Assembly: GCA_016840085.1 (NCBI GenBank)
Contig: JAEOTA010000079.1
Span: 1 to 43,261, forward strand
Direction of reading: 5' to 3'
DNA length: 43,261 nt
Source of the DNA: Promethearchaeota archaeon
Lineage (GTDB): Archaea; Asgardarchaeota; Lokiarchaeia; Sigyniarchaeales; SOKP01
Shown: positions 1 through 10,022 of the stretch, piece by piece
Layout: every line of letters begins with the position of its first letter
How positions within the stretch are numbered: position 1 is the first letter of the stretch
The notes under the pieces: generated by a model
The model's input: only the letters and a program-made list of their open reading frames with translations
Database searches by the model: none
What the model was told of the DNA's origin: nothing
Program-made: the position numbers and the translations under genes

Positions 1-162
1 AATTTTGAATATTTCGTGTCTAGTATTGAAAAACCAATGTCAATAGTTTTAACAATGCTGAATCCATCAAAGAAATTAGATGTAGGATTCACCGTTAAGA
101 ATGGACTCGAGTTTTTTTCAAGAAATTTGTTGAAATGGTCAGAAGAAAGAAGAAAAAGTTAG
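1..162 (+). CDS. 3' end of an unidentified protein (partial, runs off window start)
   Basis: Frame 1 is open from base 1 (NFEYFVSSIEKPMSIVLTMLNPSKKLDVGFTVKNGLEFFSRNLLKWSEERRKS) to TAG at 160-162. Confidence 0.6.
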   Translation, partial: NFEYFVSSIEKPMSIVLTMLNPSKKLDVGFTVKNGLEFFSRNLLKWSEERRKS

Positions 163-228
163 GGATAGACTTAAAAAAAGAACCGAAAATTAAATCCGCA
201 CAAGGGTAATAAATTTTAATTCAAATAA

Positions 229-1368
229 ATGGATGAAATGGGATTAAAACATCTATTTAGCCCAGGAAAAATTGGTAATGTTGAGATTAAAAACAGATTT
301 ATCAGATCCGCAACTTGGGTTGCTAAAGCAACAATAGATGGTTATGTAACAGAGGATTTGATTGAATGTTATAATCAACTTGCTGAAGGAGGAATAGGTT
401 TAATTATTTCTGGATATATTGCTGTAGATCCATCAGGCGCTGCCACACGTCGTATGGCATGTTTATATGATGATTCTTATATTTCTGGTCAAAAGAAATT
501 GGTAAAAACTGTTCATGAACATCCAGATGTGAAAATAGCAGCTCAGATTGCTCATACAGGTAATGGTGTTTTTATTTTTGGAAATCAAGAATTTGAACCT
601 GTCGGACCCTCACCAATGATGAATTTAGTTCTAAATAAACCTTGCCGTGAACTGACAACAGAAGAAGTCAGACGAATCATCAAAAATTTTGTGGATACTG
701 GCTGTAGGGCTTATGATTGTGGTTATGATATGGTACAAATTCATGGTGCTCATGGTTATCTGCTTAGTGATTTCGTTTCACCTTTCACAAATAAGCGTAC
801 TGACGAATATGGAGGAACTATACAAAAACGAACTAAGATATTAATAGATATTTATAATCAACTTAGGGATGAGTTATCAAAGAATTTTCCAATATTCATT
901 AAATTAAATACACAGGATTATCTCCAGGAAGGATTAACATTAGAGGAGGGAAAAGAAGTTGCAAAAATTCTTATAGATATAGGTTATGATGCCATAGAGC
1001 CAAGTTCTGGTCGATATAATTTAAAATTTGGCAGCAAGAAGACTTATCCTAGTGTTATATTAAAATCGAAAGATGATGAGAATTATTTTTTACCAAATGT
1101 TAAAATCTTGAAGCCTATAATGAAAAGTCGACCAATCATTTTTCAGGGTGGTATTAGAAATCCTTTAACAGCCGAAAAATTTATCCAAGAAAACAGCGTT
1201 GATTTTATAGCTATGAGTAGACCTTTAATTTATGAACCAGACCTTCCAAATCGCTAGAATAATGGTGATTTATCAGCTCCACTTTGTACCAGTTGTAATG
1301 CTTGTTTAAGTGTTGCAGCTACTGATTCAGCATATTGTGTTGTTAAAAATAAGCTGGAAGAAAGCTAA
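229..1368 (+). pseudogene. NADH:flavin oxidoreductase (Old Yellow Enzyme family) interrupted by in-frame TAG at 1255-1257
   Basis: LFSPGKIGNVEIKNRFIRSAT, QIAHTG, HGAHGYLLSDF, NKRTDEYGG and SRPLIYEPDLP motifs. The frame continues past TAG as NNGDLSAPLCTSCNACLSVAATDSAYC to TAA at 1366-1368. Confidence 0.85.
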
Positions 1369-1459
1369 TATAGCAAGCTAAAAATCATTTAGTGCTCGAA
1401 ACAATTGTGAAGAGATAATAAATTTCTTGATTATAGAAATATTAGATTCAAGAAAGGAT

Positions 1460-1612
1460 TCAGTACTCTGCACGATATATCCATCCCGTATTATGCGCAG
1501 GAATGAAATTACAGTCAAAACCTCCGAGGTAAAGTACATGTCCTTCTTCTACCGTGAAGGGAGAGTGGGCAATGCTACGAACCATATTGAATCTTTTGTC
1601 GAAATGGTACAT
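1460..1612 (-). pseudogene. Short ORF / probable C-terminal gene remnant (MYHFDKRFNMVRSIAHSPFTVEEGHVLYLGGFDCNFIPAHNTGWIYRAEY)
   Basis: 50-codon minus-strand frame covering a locally GC-richer patch with protein-like composition; closed upstream by TAA at 1628-1630. Confidence 0.4.
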
Positions 1613-1958
1613 CGTAAGAAAAAGAAATTAGATTTAGACTCAAAAAAGACTCCTACTTTTAAAACTTTATGACTGAATAATGGTTCAATTTTTTCTCACT
1701 CTTTATAACAAGCTAAAAAGAACTGTATCTTTTTTTATTAAAATTAAACGAATTTTTTAATAATCAATATTATTTAAAATTCTCTCACTGATAAAGAAAA
1801 ATTTTTTGTTTAAATAGTTGAAAATTATTAAAGTTCTAATGAGCTTAATCGAATAATATTAGTAATCATATTTTTTGTGGTAGAATATTTAAATATTTGA
1901 TTATAATTTTATTTTCTTATTTATTTAAATCGATTAATATCTAAGTAAAAGAAAAAAA

Positions 1959-4916
1959 ATGTCAAATCGGAGTCTTACTGGAATAGATAAACGGGAACTC
2001 CAATATTATGAAGGATTAGAAATTGGGGCAGTATCTGTAAAATGGGTTCGAAGAACTATTAATGGTGTGGTAGCAAGTGAGGTTGTACGACACGAAGGTT
2101 CTCCTAGGAAAAAGATAAAAGAAATATTTAAACGTTATAATGTTGATACTAATTCAAAAATCGTAATAACTGGTCAAGCTACAAGTAGTTTTCTCAATTT
2201 ACCATATGTTTCAGAAGTAGAATGCCTAGAAAAGGCTTTATCCTTCTATAATCTTAAACCTGACATTCTACTCTCACTTGGAGGAGAAACTTTTAGCGTT
2301 TATCCAATGAAAAACGGCATAATAAAAAATATTATTTCAACTTCGAAATGTGCTGCTGGTACGGGTGAGTTCATTGTCCAACAACTTCAAAGGATGGGAT
2401 TATCTGTTGAGGAGGGAATTAAAGCCAGTTTATATGGTAGTTTCACCCAATTGGCAACAAGATGTTCCGTTCATTGTAAATCCGATGCTACTCATAAACT
2501 CAATAAGGGTGAATGCAAACCTGAAGATATAGTAAAAACTTTAATCTATGACTTAGCAAGAAAGGTAGGTGAGATGATAGAAGCAGCTCAATGGTCCACA
2601 CGGCTAATTGTAATATCTGGGGGAGTTGCTTTAAATAAAGTCTTCATTGAGAATCTTCGTGGTTTTTTAAAGGATTCAGAAATTATTGTATTGCCAGAAA
2701 GTGCTTTCCTCGAAGTATTTGGAGCATCTTTATACGCATCCGAATTACAAAATTCATTCTTCCTTCGTGATGATTGGTTTAAATCATCGAAAGTTGAGTT
2801 TCAAACTCAAGAACGACTTAAGAAAGCAGAATCTCTTCTGGATTACCGTGTTAACACAGACAGTAATATAAAAATAAGGGTTGGAGAAAAATATATCCTT
2901 GGTATAGATGCAGGTTCTACTACTACTAAAGCTGTATTATTTAACATTTCAAACGATTCAGTAGGGGCAAGTGTTTATTTAAGAACATTGGGAAATCCTA
3001 TAGTAGCGACTAAACATTGTATCAATAAACTTATGGAAAAAGTAGGTAATAACTCTATAAAAATAATTCAATGTGGGGTAACAGGTTCTGCTAGAGAGAT
3101 GGTATCAGTTTATTTAGATAATAGTCGAAGTTTTAATGAGATACTAGCACATGCAAGATCCGCTACTGAAGAACTCCCAGATGTTGATACTGTATTTGAA
3201 ATTGGTGGCCAAGATTCAAAATTTATTTCATTTTTAAATGGTGTGCCGGTTGATTATGCGATGAATGAAGGATGCTCTGCAGGGACTGGCAGCTTTCTTG
3301 AGGAATCCGCATCAGTTGATATGGGCATAGCTGTAGAGGATATAAGTGACATAGCGACAAAAAGCACTCACCCAATAGCATTTGGTGAACGATGTGCCGC
3401 CTTTATTAATACTGATTTAAGGAATGCCCTTCAACAGGGAGCTAATCTAGAAGATGTTGTTGCTGGTTTAGTTTATTCAATTGCTGATAATTATATTTCA
3501 CGTATTGTTGGTTCCCGTCAAATAGGGAAAAATCTTCTTTTTCTTGGAGGAGTTGCTCTTAATAGATCTGTTGCTTTAGCTATTGCTACTCGTTCACAGC
3601 GAAAAGTAGTTGTTCCTGCACATCCTGAACTTATGGGGGCTGTGGGTACAGCTCTTATGACAAGGGATCTTCTACAAAATAATGTTATATCTGAAGAAAA
3701 TTATAAACTCAAGAATCTTACAAAAGGGGAAATACAAATCAAAAATACTTTTAGATGTAAAGTATGTGAAAACAATTGTGAAATTCAGAGAATTTCGATA
3801 AGAGGAAAAGTTTATCCATTTGGAGGTTTATGTTCTAAATATAAATTATTACGACAAAAAGGTGCAAAAGTTAAGGAAGGTCAAGATCTTATCGAATTAA
3901 GGAATAAAATGATAATTGAAGAATTCGGAGCCAAATCTTTAAAGAATCCTCGTGGCACGATAGGTATACCTATGGCTTTAACTTCTCATAGACTTTTCCC
4001 TCTATATGCAAAATTCATTAATGAGCTTGGTTATAATGTAATGTTATCAAATCCTTCAAAAACAGGTAACACTAAGACAAAAGCACCTATTTGTTATCCC
4101 TGTGAATTAGTTCATGGAGCAGTAAATGATCTTATTAATCGTAATGTTGATTATATTTTCTTACCTCATGTAATTGAAATGGAAATACCAAAAGGTTTTA
4201 TTCATGGATATACATGCCCTTCTACAACAACTATTCCAGATATCATTCGCGCAGCTTTTGAGAATGCAAGTGAAAAGATATTAGCACCTCATATTGGTAT
4301 CTCAGAAGATCTTATAGAAACAACGTTGAAGGAGTTTGGAAAAGTTGCTCGTTTATTAGGATTAGATTATAAAATGGGCATTAATGCAGGTTTTATAGCT
4401 TTATCTCACTACAAAATGTTCAGAGAAATATATAACGAATTTGGTAGAGGAAAATTGAGGGATTTATTAAAAAAACCCTCTGTAATTATTGCTGGAAGAC
4501 CTTATGTTGTTTATCCACCAGATGTGAATATAGCACTCCCTCGTAAGATCGTTAGCAGAGGATATAATGCTATTCCCTCTGATCTCTTACCTCTTTTAAA
4601 AGATGAAGCACCTCATTCAAGGAATGTATGGAGTTTTACTCAAGAGATCAATAATGCTGTCGAATATGTAAAAAAATACCCCAACTTATACATCTGTTTT
4701 GTTTCTTGCTTCTCTTGCGGTCCTGATGGTACAATGTATCATCATTATAGACAACAACTTGAAGGACACACGTTCTGTTACCTTGAAATAGATTCTCATA
4801 CGGCCCATGCTGGTTTTGAAACAAGAGTAGAAGCCTTTCTTGATATTATTGAAGAACGTCATCGAAAGAAAAATAAGGATATTAAGAATTTATTAAATCA
4901 AAGTATAACTGTCTAA
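1959..4916 (+). CDS. PlsA/Ger-like acyl-CoA dehydratase activase: two BadF/BadG/BcrA/BcrD ATPase domains plus DUF2229-type domain
   Basis: Domain 1: GLEIGAVSVK, KCAAGTGEF, RCSVHC, SGGVALN. Domain 2: GIDAGSTTTK, EIGGQDSK, MNEGCSAGTGSF, RCAAF. Linker CKVCENNC. C-terminal IGIPMAL, CYPC, YTCP, FSCGPD, LEIDSHTAHAGFETRVEAF. Confidence 0.9.
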   Translation: MSNRSLTGIDKRELQYYEGLEIGAVSVKWVRRTINGVVASEVVRHEGSPRKKIKEIFKRYNVDTNSKIVITGQATSSFLNLPYVSEVECLEKALSFYNLKPDILLSLGGETFSVYPMKNGIIKNIISTSKCAAGTGEFIVQQLQRMGLSVEEGIKASLYGSFTQLATRCSVHCKSDATHKLNKGECKPEDIVKTLIYDLARKVGEMIEAAQWSTRLIVISGGVALNKVFIENLRGFLKDSEIIVLPESAFLEVFGASLYASELQNSFFLRDDWFKSSKVEFQTQERLKKAESLLDYRVNTDSNIKIRVGEKYILGIDAGSTTTKAVLFNISNDSVGASVYLRTLGNPIVATKHCINKLMEKVGNNSIKIIQCGVTGSAREMVSVYLDNSRSFNEILAHARSATEELPDVDTVFEIGGQDSKFISFLNGVPVDYAMNEGCSAGTGSFLEESASVDMGIAVEDISDIATKSTHPIAFGERCAAFINTDLRNALQQGANLEDVVAGLVYSIADNYISRIVGSRQIGKNLLFLGGVALNRSVALAIATRSQRKVVVPAHPELMGAVGTALMTRDLLQNNVISEENYKLKNLTKGEIQIKNTFRCKVCENNCEIQRISIRGKVYPFGGLCSKYKLLRQKGAKVKEGQDLIELRNKMIIEEFGAKSLKNPRGTIGIPMALTSHRLFPLYAKFINELGYNVMLSNPSKTGNTKTKAPICYPCELVHGAVNDLINRNVDYIFLPHVIEMEIPKGFIHGYTCPSTTTIPDIIRAAFENASEKILAPHIGISEDLIETTLKEFGKVARLLGLDYKMGINAGFIALSHYKMFREIYNEFGRGKLRDLLKKPSVIIAGRPYVVYPPDVNIALPRKIVSRGYNAIPSDLLPLLKDEAPHSRNVWSFTQEINNAVEYVKKYPNLYICFVSCFSCGPDGTMYHHYRQQLEGHTFCYLEIDSHTAHAGFETRVEAFLDIIEERHRKKNKDIKNLLNQSITV

Positions 4917-4919
4917 AAA

Positions 4920-6326
4920 ATGACCGAAATAGAACAATTTAAAGATTTAAAAGCAGATGACCCAAATAAAGTCAAACAAACTCGATTTTCAAAAGATCAT
5001 AAATACATCATTGACAGTGATGGTCAGAAAGTTGAATTTGATGATCCTAGGATTGTGTATATCAACCCAGAACCTCGTAATCCATATGGAAGACGACTAG
5101 TTATAAATTTATTCAAAAAATATAACCGCAACATTAGGATCAGCAAAGAAACTGATGCATCTATTTTACAATATGCCAAAAAGATTTGCTCTGGAAGGGA
5201 ATGTCTTGCGAGTATTGCTATAGCAGGGGCAGTCTTAAAGGATATAAATGAATATAGGGATGAAAATGAAATCAGTATTTATCGAACTCCAATAGATCAA
5301 CATGGTCCATGCCAAAATGGAGCATGGCCAGTTCTTTGGGAGACATTTGCAAAGAGGTTAAATTTGAAAAATGTAATTTTTTGTGCTTTTCCTAAGTATA
5401 CTAACAATTATTTAGGGTTGAATCGCGATTTATTAGCATGGGAAAACATTAATTTTATCGTAGGACAATATATTATTGAAGCACGGAACGCTTTGCAATG
5501 TGTTGCTGAAAACAAAATTATAGCTTTGGAGAAATTTGAAGATTTAACAAGTGAATTTATCAATAATATAAAAGAAGGAAAGAAAACACTGAATACAGGT
5601 TTAATAAAATGGGCAAAAGAAGTTGCGAAAATACCTCTTAAAGCAAAAGTTGATGAAACCCCAAAAGTATTAATTTTTGGAGGTTTAAACTTAATGTTTG
5701 ATCATTATCCAATAGAGGAATTTTTTCTTGAAAGAGGAATTATTACCAAAGTTGTTGATATAGTTGAATCGATGAGTCTAATTTTAGCCGAAAGTACTAT
5801 AAGATATGGATTTAAAAAAGGAATATTAACTCCAAAAGAACAATTTAGTGAGCAATTACTGGATTCTACTGATTTGGATGAAAATGATAGAAAAGAAGCT
5901 CTAAGAGCAAAAAGAAATAAAAGTGCTTTAAAATTCTTAAATTCGCAATGTAAAACTTTTAGAAAAATTATGGGAAAATCAGGATTATTGTTTGACTCAT
6001 TTATAGATTTTATTGATCTCTTTGAAGAAGGAAATAAATATGTGTCTTCAAATAGCCTTAGTGAAACTCCAATAATAACTGGTAGATTTTTACATTCAAT
6101 TGAGGAAGGCATCTACGATGGTTTGATCAATTTAGGGACTTTTAATTGTCAACCGGCAATGAACTCACAGGCTATTATACGCCCTCTAGCTAATAAGTGT
6201 GATATTCCATACGCAGCAATAGACTGTGAAGGTCCGTGGATTTCTACGAATCAACTCAGGCTTCTTGAAACCATTGCCATTCAAGCTAAGAGAGAAAGAA
6301 AAATAAAGAACGAATTATTAGCTTAA
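4920..6326 (+). CDS. PlsR-like reductase/dehydratase partner subunit (2-hydroxyacyl-CoA dehydratase-related)
   Basis: Starts 3 nt after the upstream stop; Cys motifs GRECL, GPCQNG and FNCQP match the C-terminal module of this family. Confidence 0.75.
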   Translation: MTEIEQFKDLKADDPNKVKQTRFSKDHKYIIDSDGQKVEFDDPRIVYINPEPRNPYGRRLVINLFKKYNRNIRISKETDASILQYAKKICSGRECLASIAIAGAVLKDINEYRDENEISIYRTPIDQHGPCQNGAWPVLWETFAKRLNLKNVIFCAFPKYTNNYLGLNRDLLAWENINFIVGQYIIEARNALQCVAENKIIALEKFEDLTSEFINNIKEGKKTLNTGLIKWAKEVAKIPLKAKVDETPKVLIFGGLNLMFDHYPIEEFFLERGIITKVVDIVESMSLILAESTIRYGFKKGILTPKEQFSEQLLDSTDLDENDRKEALRAKRNKSALKFLNSQCKTFRKIMGKSGLLFDSFIDFIDLFEEGNKYVSSNSLSETPIITGRFLHSIEEGIYDGLINLGTFNCQPAMNSQAIIRPLANKCDIPYAAIDCEGPWISTNQLRLLETIAIQAKRERKIKNELLA

Positions 6327-6345
6327 GGACAGCAGATCTAAAAAA

Positions 6346-7074
6346 TTACAAAAATGGGTAAAAATATTTTACTAAAAATTCTCCACCGGCTACTTCTCGA
6401 TCGTTATAATCATCTTTTAATCTTGAGAAATCATAAGGTATATTTTTGAATGTAATATTCAAGGTTTTATCATCGATTTCCATTAAACAGAAGGAGGTAA
6501 TAGGTTTCCAAGTAATACTTATTGATCCGGGATTTATAATCTTTTTACCCTTCCAGGAGATATATAATTGTTCATGAGAGTGCCCAACCAAAACAATATC
6601 AACATCTTTAGGGTAATCTCTTAAAAATTCTTCTAAGGTTTTTCCTTGATACAATAAGAGATTATCTTGAATCGACCTACCAGGAATATCATAGAAATGC
6701 GAATGAAGCATTAATATTTTTTTACCATTTACCTCTAAAATTTTTGAGGTAGGTGTATTTTGAATTTTCTCAATCAAATCTGCTCCAAGTTGGTTTACAT
6801 TCCATTCTCGATGAAGTCCTACTCCTTTATGCCATTCATGTTCTCGTTTTCCCAATACAATCATTTCATTATTTCCAATAATATTTATAAATCGCTTATC
6901 AGAAAAAATCGTTTGTGTCACTTCTTTTGGATGAGGTCCAATAGAAACAAAATCACCAAGGTTCAGAATTTTATCAACTTGGCTATTTTTATCAATATAT
7001 TGAAGAAAACTGTCCAAAGCATATTTGTTTGCATGGATATCTGAAATTATAGCAAATATAGTTATGTTTTCCAT
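6346..7074 (-). CDS. Metallophosphoesterase (calcineurin-like, YfcE/MJ0936 type)
   Basis: ISDIHAN, LGDFV, GNNE, GHSH and NPGS motifs. Confidence 0.9.
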   Translation of the reverse strand: MENITIFAIISDIHANKYALDSFLQYIDKNSQVDKILNLGDFVSIGPHPKEVTQTIFSDKRFINIIGNNEMIVLGKREHEWHKGVGLHREWNVNQLGADLIEKIQNTPTSKILEVNGKKILMLHSHFYDIPGRSIQDNLLLYQGKTLEEFLRDYPKDVDIVLVGHSHEQLYISWKGKKIINPGSISITWKPITSFCLMEIDDKTLNITFKNIPYDFSRLKDDYNDREVAGGEFLVKYFYPFL

Positions 7075-7113
7075 TTTAAATCCCCTATAGACAAAATTAT
7101 AAGTTTAAAGTAA

Positions 7114-8628
7114 TTAAATATTTGAATCTAATTTCTTAAGTATATTAGCGAGAAATTGCCAAGTTTTTTCGACAGACTTTACGTGTAAACGTTCATTAGG
7201 TGAATGAACGTCTTTTGTAGTAGGGCCCATTGCTATTGCTTCTATTTCAGGATTTAGGTGTATTAAAAGCGTACTCTCTAAACCTCCTTGAATGAAGATA
7301 ATCCTAGCTTCTTTATTAAATAATTCTTTATAAGTGTCTTTAGCTAAATTTAAAAGTCTAAAATTAAAATTCGGAGTCCAAGGGGGATAACTCCCTGTAA
7401 TTCTTTTGGTCATCTCAAGATCAGACATTTCTAATAAGACTATGACTTTTTCACAGATATTTACATTGTGATAGTCGCTAAAACTTCGGTGTAACATCCT
7501 TAATTTAATGTAATCTTTTTTAGTTTTTAATATACCTAAATTAGTCGATGTAAATGCATACGCTCTAACTTTTGGATGAATGGATATAGGTCCACTCGGG
7601 ATTACATATAAAAGGTTTAGCAATTTTGGCTGTACTTCATCAGAAAACACTGTATCTTCAGTATGAGTTTCTACTACGTCAATTAAAATTTGCATATTCT
7701 CTTCAATTCCTTCATAATTCTTTTTTATTTCTGTGAAAAATTGGATGATGGTAGAATTAATTTCTGAAAATTGGTCTTCTTTAATATCTAAAATCGCATT
7801 AGCTTCTCTTGGTATAGCATTAGCAGCCCCTCCTCCATTTATAGAGCTAATATAAATCAGAAATTTATTATTTAACTTCCAAAGAATTTGACATAAGAGT
7901 TTTATAGCATGTGCTCTTCCTCTATTGATATCTCCTGCAGAGTGTCCTCCAATTAATCCCTTAAGAGTAATTTTTATAGGTTTTACTTTTTCATCTATTT
8001 GATCTACAGAGATAGGCTTAGTTTTTATTTTAGCAATAAAACCGATTCCGCCAGTGCACCCGATTGTAATCATACCATCCCTTCCAGAATCAAGGTTAAT
8101 TAAATATTTCCCATCCATTAAATCTTTATCAATATTCTTAGCACCACCCATATCATATTCCTCACGAACAGTAAATAATAATTCTAAACTCAATGAACTA
8201 AACTTCAAAGTATCCTTATAAATTTCTTTCATTATAGTTAGAAGATAACATATACCAGTCCCATTATCTGCTCCCAAGGTAGTTCCATCTGCTGTTATCC
8301 ATTTTTCATTATCGATATCCATGATTTTCAGTTTCAAAGGATCTTTTGAAAAGTCATGTATAACAGCTTCATTTTTCTCACAAACCATATCCATATGGCA
8401 CTGTAAAATGCATTTTTCCTTCTGAGAGGATTTTGCAGGAATAAATACTGCAAGATTACCCGCCTTATCTACTAGTGTTTCAAACCCGAATTTCTCTGCT
8501 TCATCTTTGATAAAACTTCTGATTCTTTCTTCATATCTAGAGCAACGCGGAATTGAAGAAATTCTTTCAAAATAATCCCAAAACTCCTCTGGCTGCCCTA
8601 AATCTTTTATTTTTAACATATTTATCAC
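7114..8628 (-). CDS. pepD: Aminoacyl-histidine dipeptidase (peptidase M20C)
   Basis: IPRCS, LQCHMDMVCEKN, GTTLGADNG, REE, INLDS, GGHS, GGLE and HSPNE motifs. Confidence 0.9.
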   Translation of the reverse strand: MINMLKIKDLGQPEEFWDYFERISSIPRCSRYEERIRSFIKDEAEKFGFETLVDKAGNLAVFIPAKSSQKEKCILQCHMDMVCEKNEAVIHDFSKDPLKLKIMDIDNEKWITADGTTLGADNGTGICYLLTIMKEIYKDTLKFSSLSLELLFTVREEYDMGGAKNIDKDLMDGKYLINLDSGRDGMITIGCTGGIGFIAKIKTKPISVDQIDEKVKPIKITLKGLIGGHSAGDINRGRAHAIKLLCQILWKLNNKFLIYISSINGGGAANAIPREANAILDIKEDQFSEINSTIIQFFTEIKKNYEGIEENMQILIDVVETHTEDTVFSDEVQPKLLNLLYVIPSGPISIHPKVRAYAFTSTNLGILKTKKDYIKLRMLHRSFSDYHNVNICEKVIVLLEMSDLEMTKRITGSYPPWTPNFNFRLLNLAKDTYKELFNKEARIIFIQGGLESTLLIHLNPEIEAIAMGPTTKDVHSPNERLHVKSVEKTWQFLANILKKLDSNI

Positions 8629-8648
8629 AGTAAATTGAAAAATAACCT

Positions 8649-8666
8649 AATTGATTTAAATCAATT
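8649..8666. promoter_or_regulatory. 18-bp perfect palindrome AATTGATTTAAATCAATT in a divergent intergenic region, candidate operator
   Basis: Exact inverted repeat between the pepD start (8628) and the TIGR04076-like gene start (8738). Confidence 0.4.
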
Positions 8667-8737
8667 GCATAATAATAAAACTAAATATAATTGAATTTTT
8701 GATTATATAAAATTATATTAATAACGGGTAGAATAAA

Positions 8738-9022
8738 ATGAGTGAAAATGTAAAGATTGGATATAAAGTTGTAGGAACCATAAAAGAAGTAAAAGGGCAT
8801 TGTAATGCAGGTCACAAAATAGGGGATAAGATAGAATTAAGTGGTTATAGTGCTGGGGGATTATGTGGATTCTTCTATCATGATATATTTCCATATATAA
8901 TCATGCTTCAATTTGGAGGGGGATTTCCTAAACAATGGGTAGCAGATCAGGATGTTGTTGAGCTTGAATGCATGGATAAACTTAATGCTGTTAAAATTGA
9001 ATTAAGGAGAGTTAAAGAATAA
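8738..9022 (+). CDS. TIGR04076-family small Cys-containing protein
   Basis: VKGHCNAGHKIGD...GLC...PY...C.D..N.V pattern, 94 aa. Confidence 0.75.
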   Translation: MSENVKIGYKVVGTIKEVKGHCNAGHKIGDKIELSGYSAGGLCGFFYHDIFPYIIMLQFGGGFPKQWVADQDVVELECMDKLNAVKIELRRVKE

Positions 9023-9055
9023 GTAAATATTTAAATAAATTGAGGAAGATAAATT

Positions 9056-9853
9056 ATGCCATATTTTAATAACGATGGAATTAAAATATATTATGAAATT
9101 GAAGGAGAAGGCTCACCAATATTAATGATTCATGGGTTTGCTTCAAGTCTAGAAGGAAATTGGAAACAAACAAATTGGGTAAATTTCTTAAAAGATGATT
9201 ATCAATTGATTCTTATAGATTGTCGTGGTCATGGTAAAAGCGATAAACCAACAGATCCTGCCCAATATGGACCAAAAATGGTTGATGATATAATTAAATT
9301 ATTAGAGTATTTATCAATCGAAAAAGCTAATTTCTTCGGGTATTCTATGGGATCGAGATTAACTCTCAATGTATTATTAAGTAACCCACAGCTTTTTAAG
9401 TGTGCCATTCTTGGAGGTTTTGTACTTTTAATTCCTAATGAGGAAGAAAGGTCTATATCAGATAAACAAACACTCCAAATAATTGAAGCCTTAAAAACAA
9501 CCAATAAAGATCAAATTAAAAATCCAGTTGCTTTACGGTTTCGATTATTCGCAGAATCAACTAAAGCAGATTTAAATGCTTTAGCTGCCGTTATGACTGC
9601 TGGTCTTCAGGTTCAAGAAAATTCATTCCAAGATCCTGCCCAATTGAAAGAAAGATTGAAAAAAATTAATGTACCTGTTATGAGTGTAGTCGGTTCTGAT
9701 GATTTTATTCCAGGAGATAAGACCCTGATTGCTCAATTAGTTCCTGATGCGTGTCACTTTCAGATTCAAGGTAAAGATCATCTAACTGTAGTTCCCGATC
9801 CTAAGTTTAAAATGATTGTTAAAGCATTCTTGGATTATGTAAATCGAAGATAA
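9056..9853 (+). CDS. Alpha/beta hydrolase
   Basis: IHGF, DCRGHGKS, GYSMG nucleophile elbow, GSDD and DH; GAGGA SD upstream. Confidence 0.9.
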   Translation: MPYFNNDGIKIYYEIEGEGSPILMIHGFASSLEGNWKQTNWVNFLKDDYQLILIDCRGHGKSDKPTDPAQYGPKMVDDIIKLLEYLSIEKANFFGYSMGSRLTLNVLLSNPQLFKCAILGGFVLLIPNEEERSISDKQTLQIIEALKTTNKDQIKNPVALRFRLFAESTKADLNALAAVMTAGLQVQENSFQDPAQLKERLKKINVPVMSVVGSDDFIPGDKTLIAQLVPDACHFQIQGKDHLTVVPDPKFKMIVKAFLDYVNRR

Positions 9854-10022
9854 TTAATTTGTTGGATAAAAAGATACATTATTTCTTACTTTTTTTCTAA
9901 TATAATTAGTAAAGCTAAACCAAAATTATTCACTTCTAAAATTTTTTTTCCAATACCTATTCCAAAAACTTTAATTACTAGAGGTTCTTATCGTTTCAAC
10001 ATTAGATTTACTTCAATCAAAG

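Noticed and set aside
1255-1257. Confident pyrrolysine call
   Set aside because: No pyl genes in the window, and the site fits a Trp codon one transition away.
1427-1672. Plus-strand 81-aa ORF from the track
   Set aside because: No recognisable motif; the opposite strand gives a more protein-like frame.
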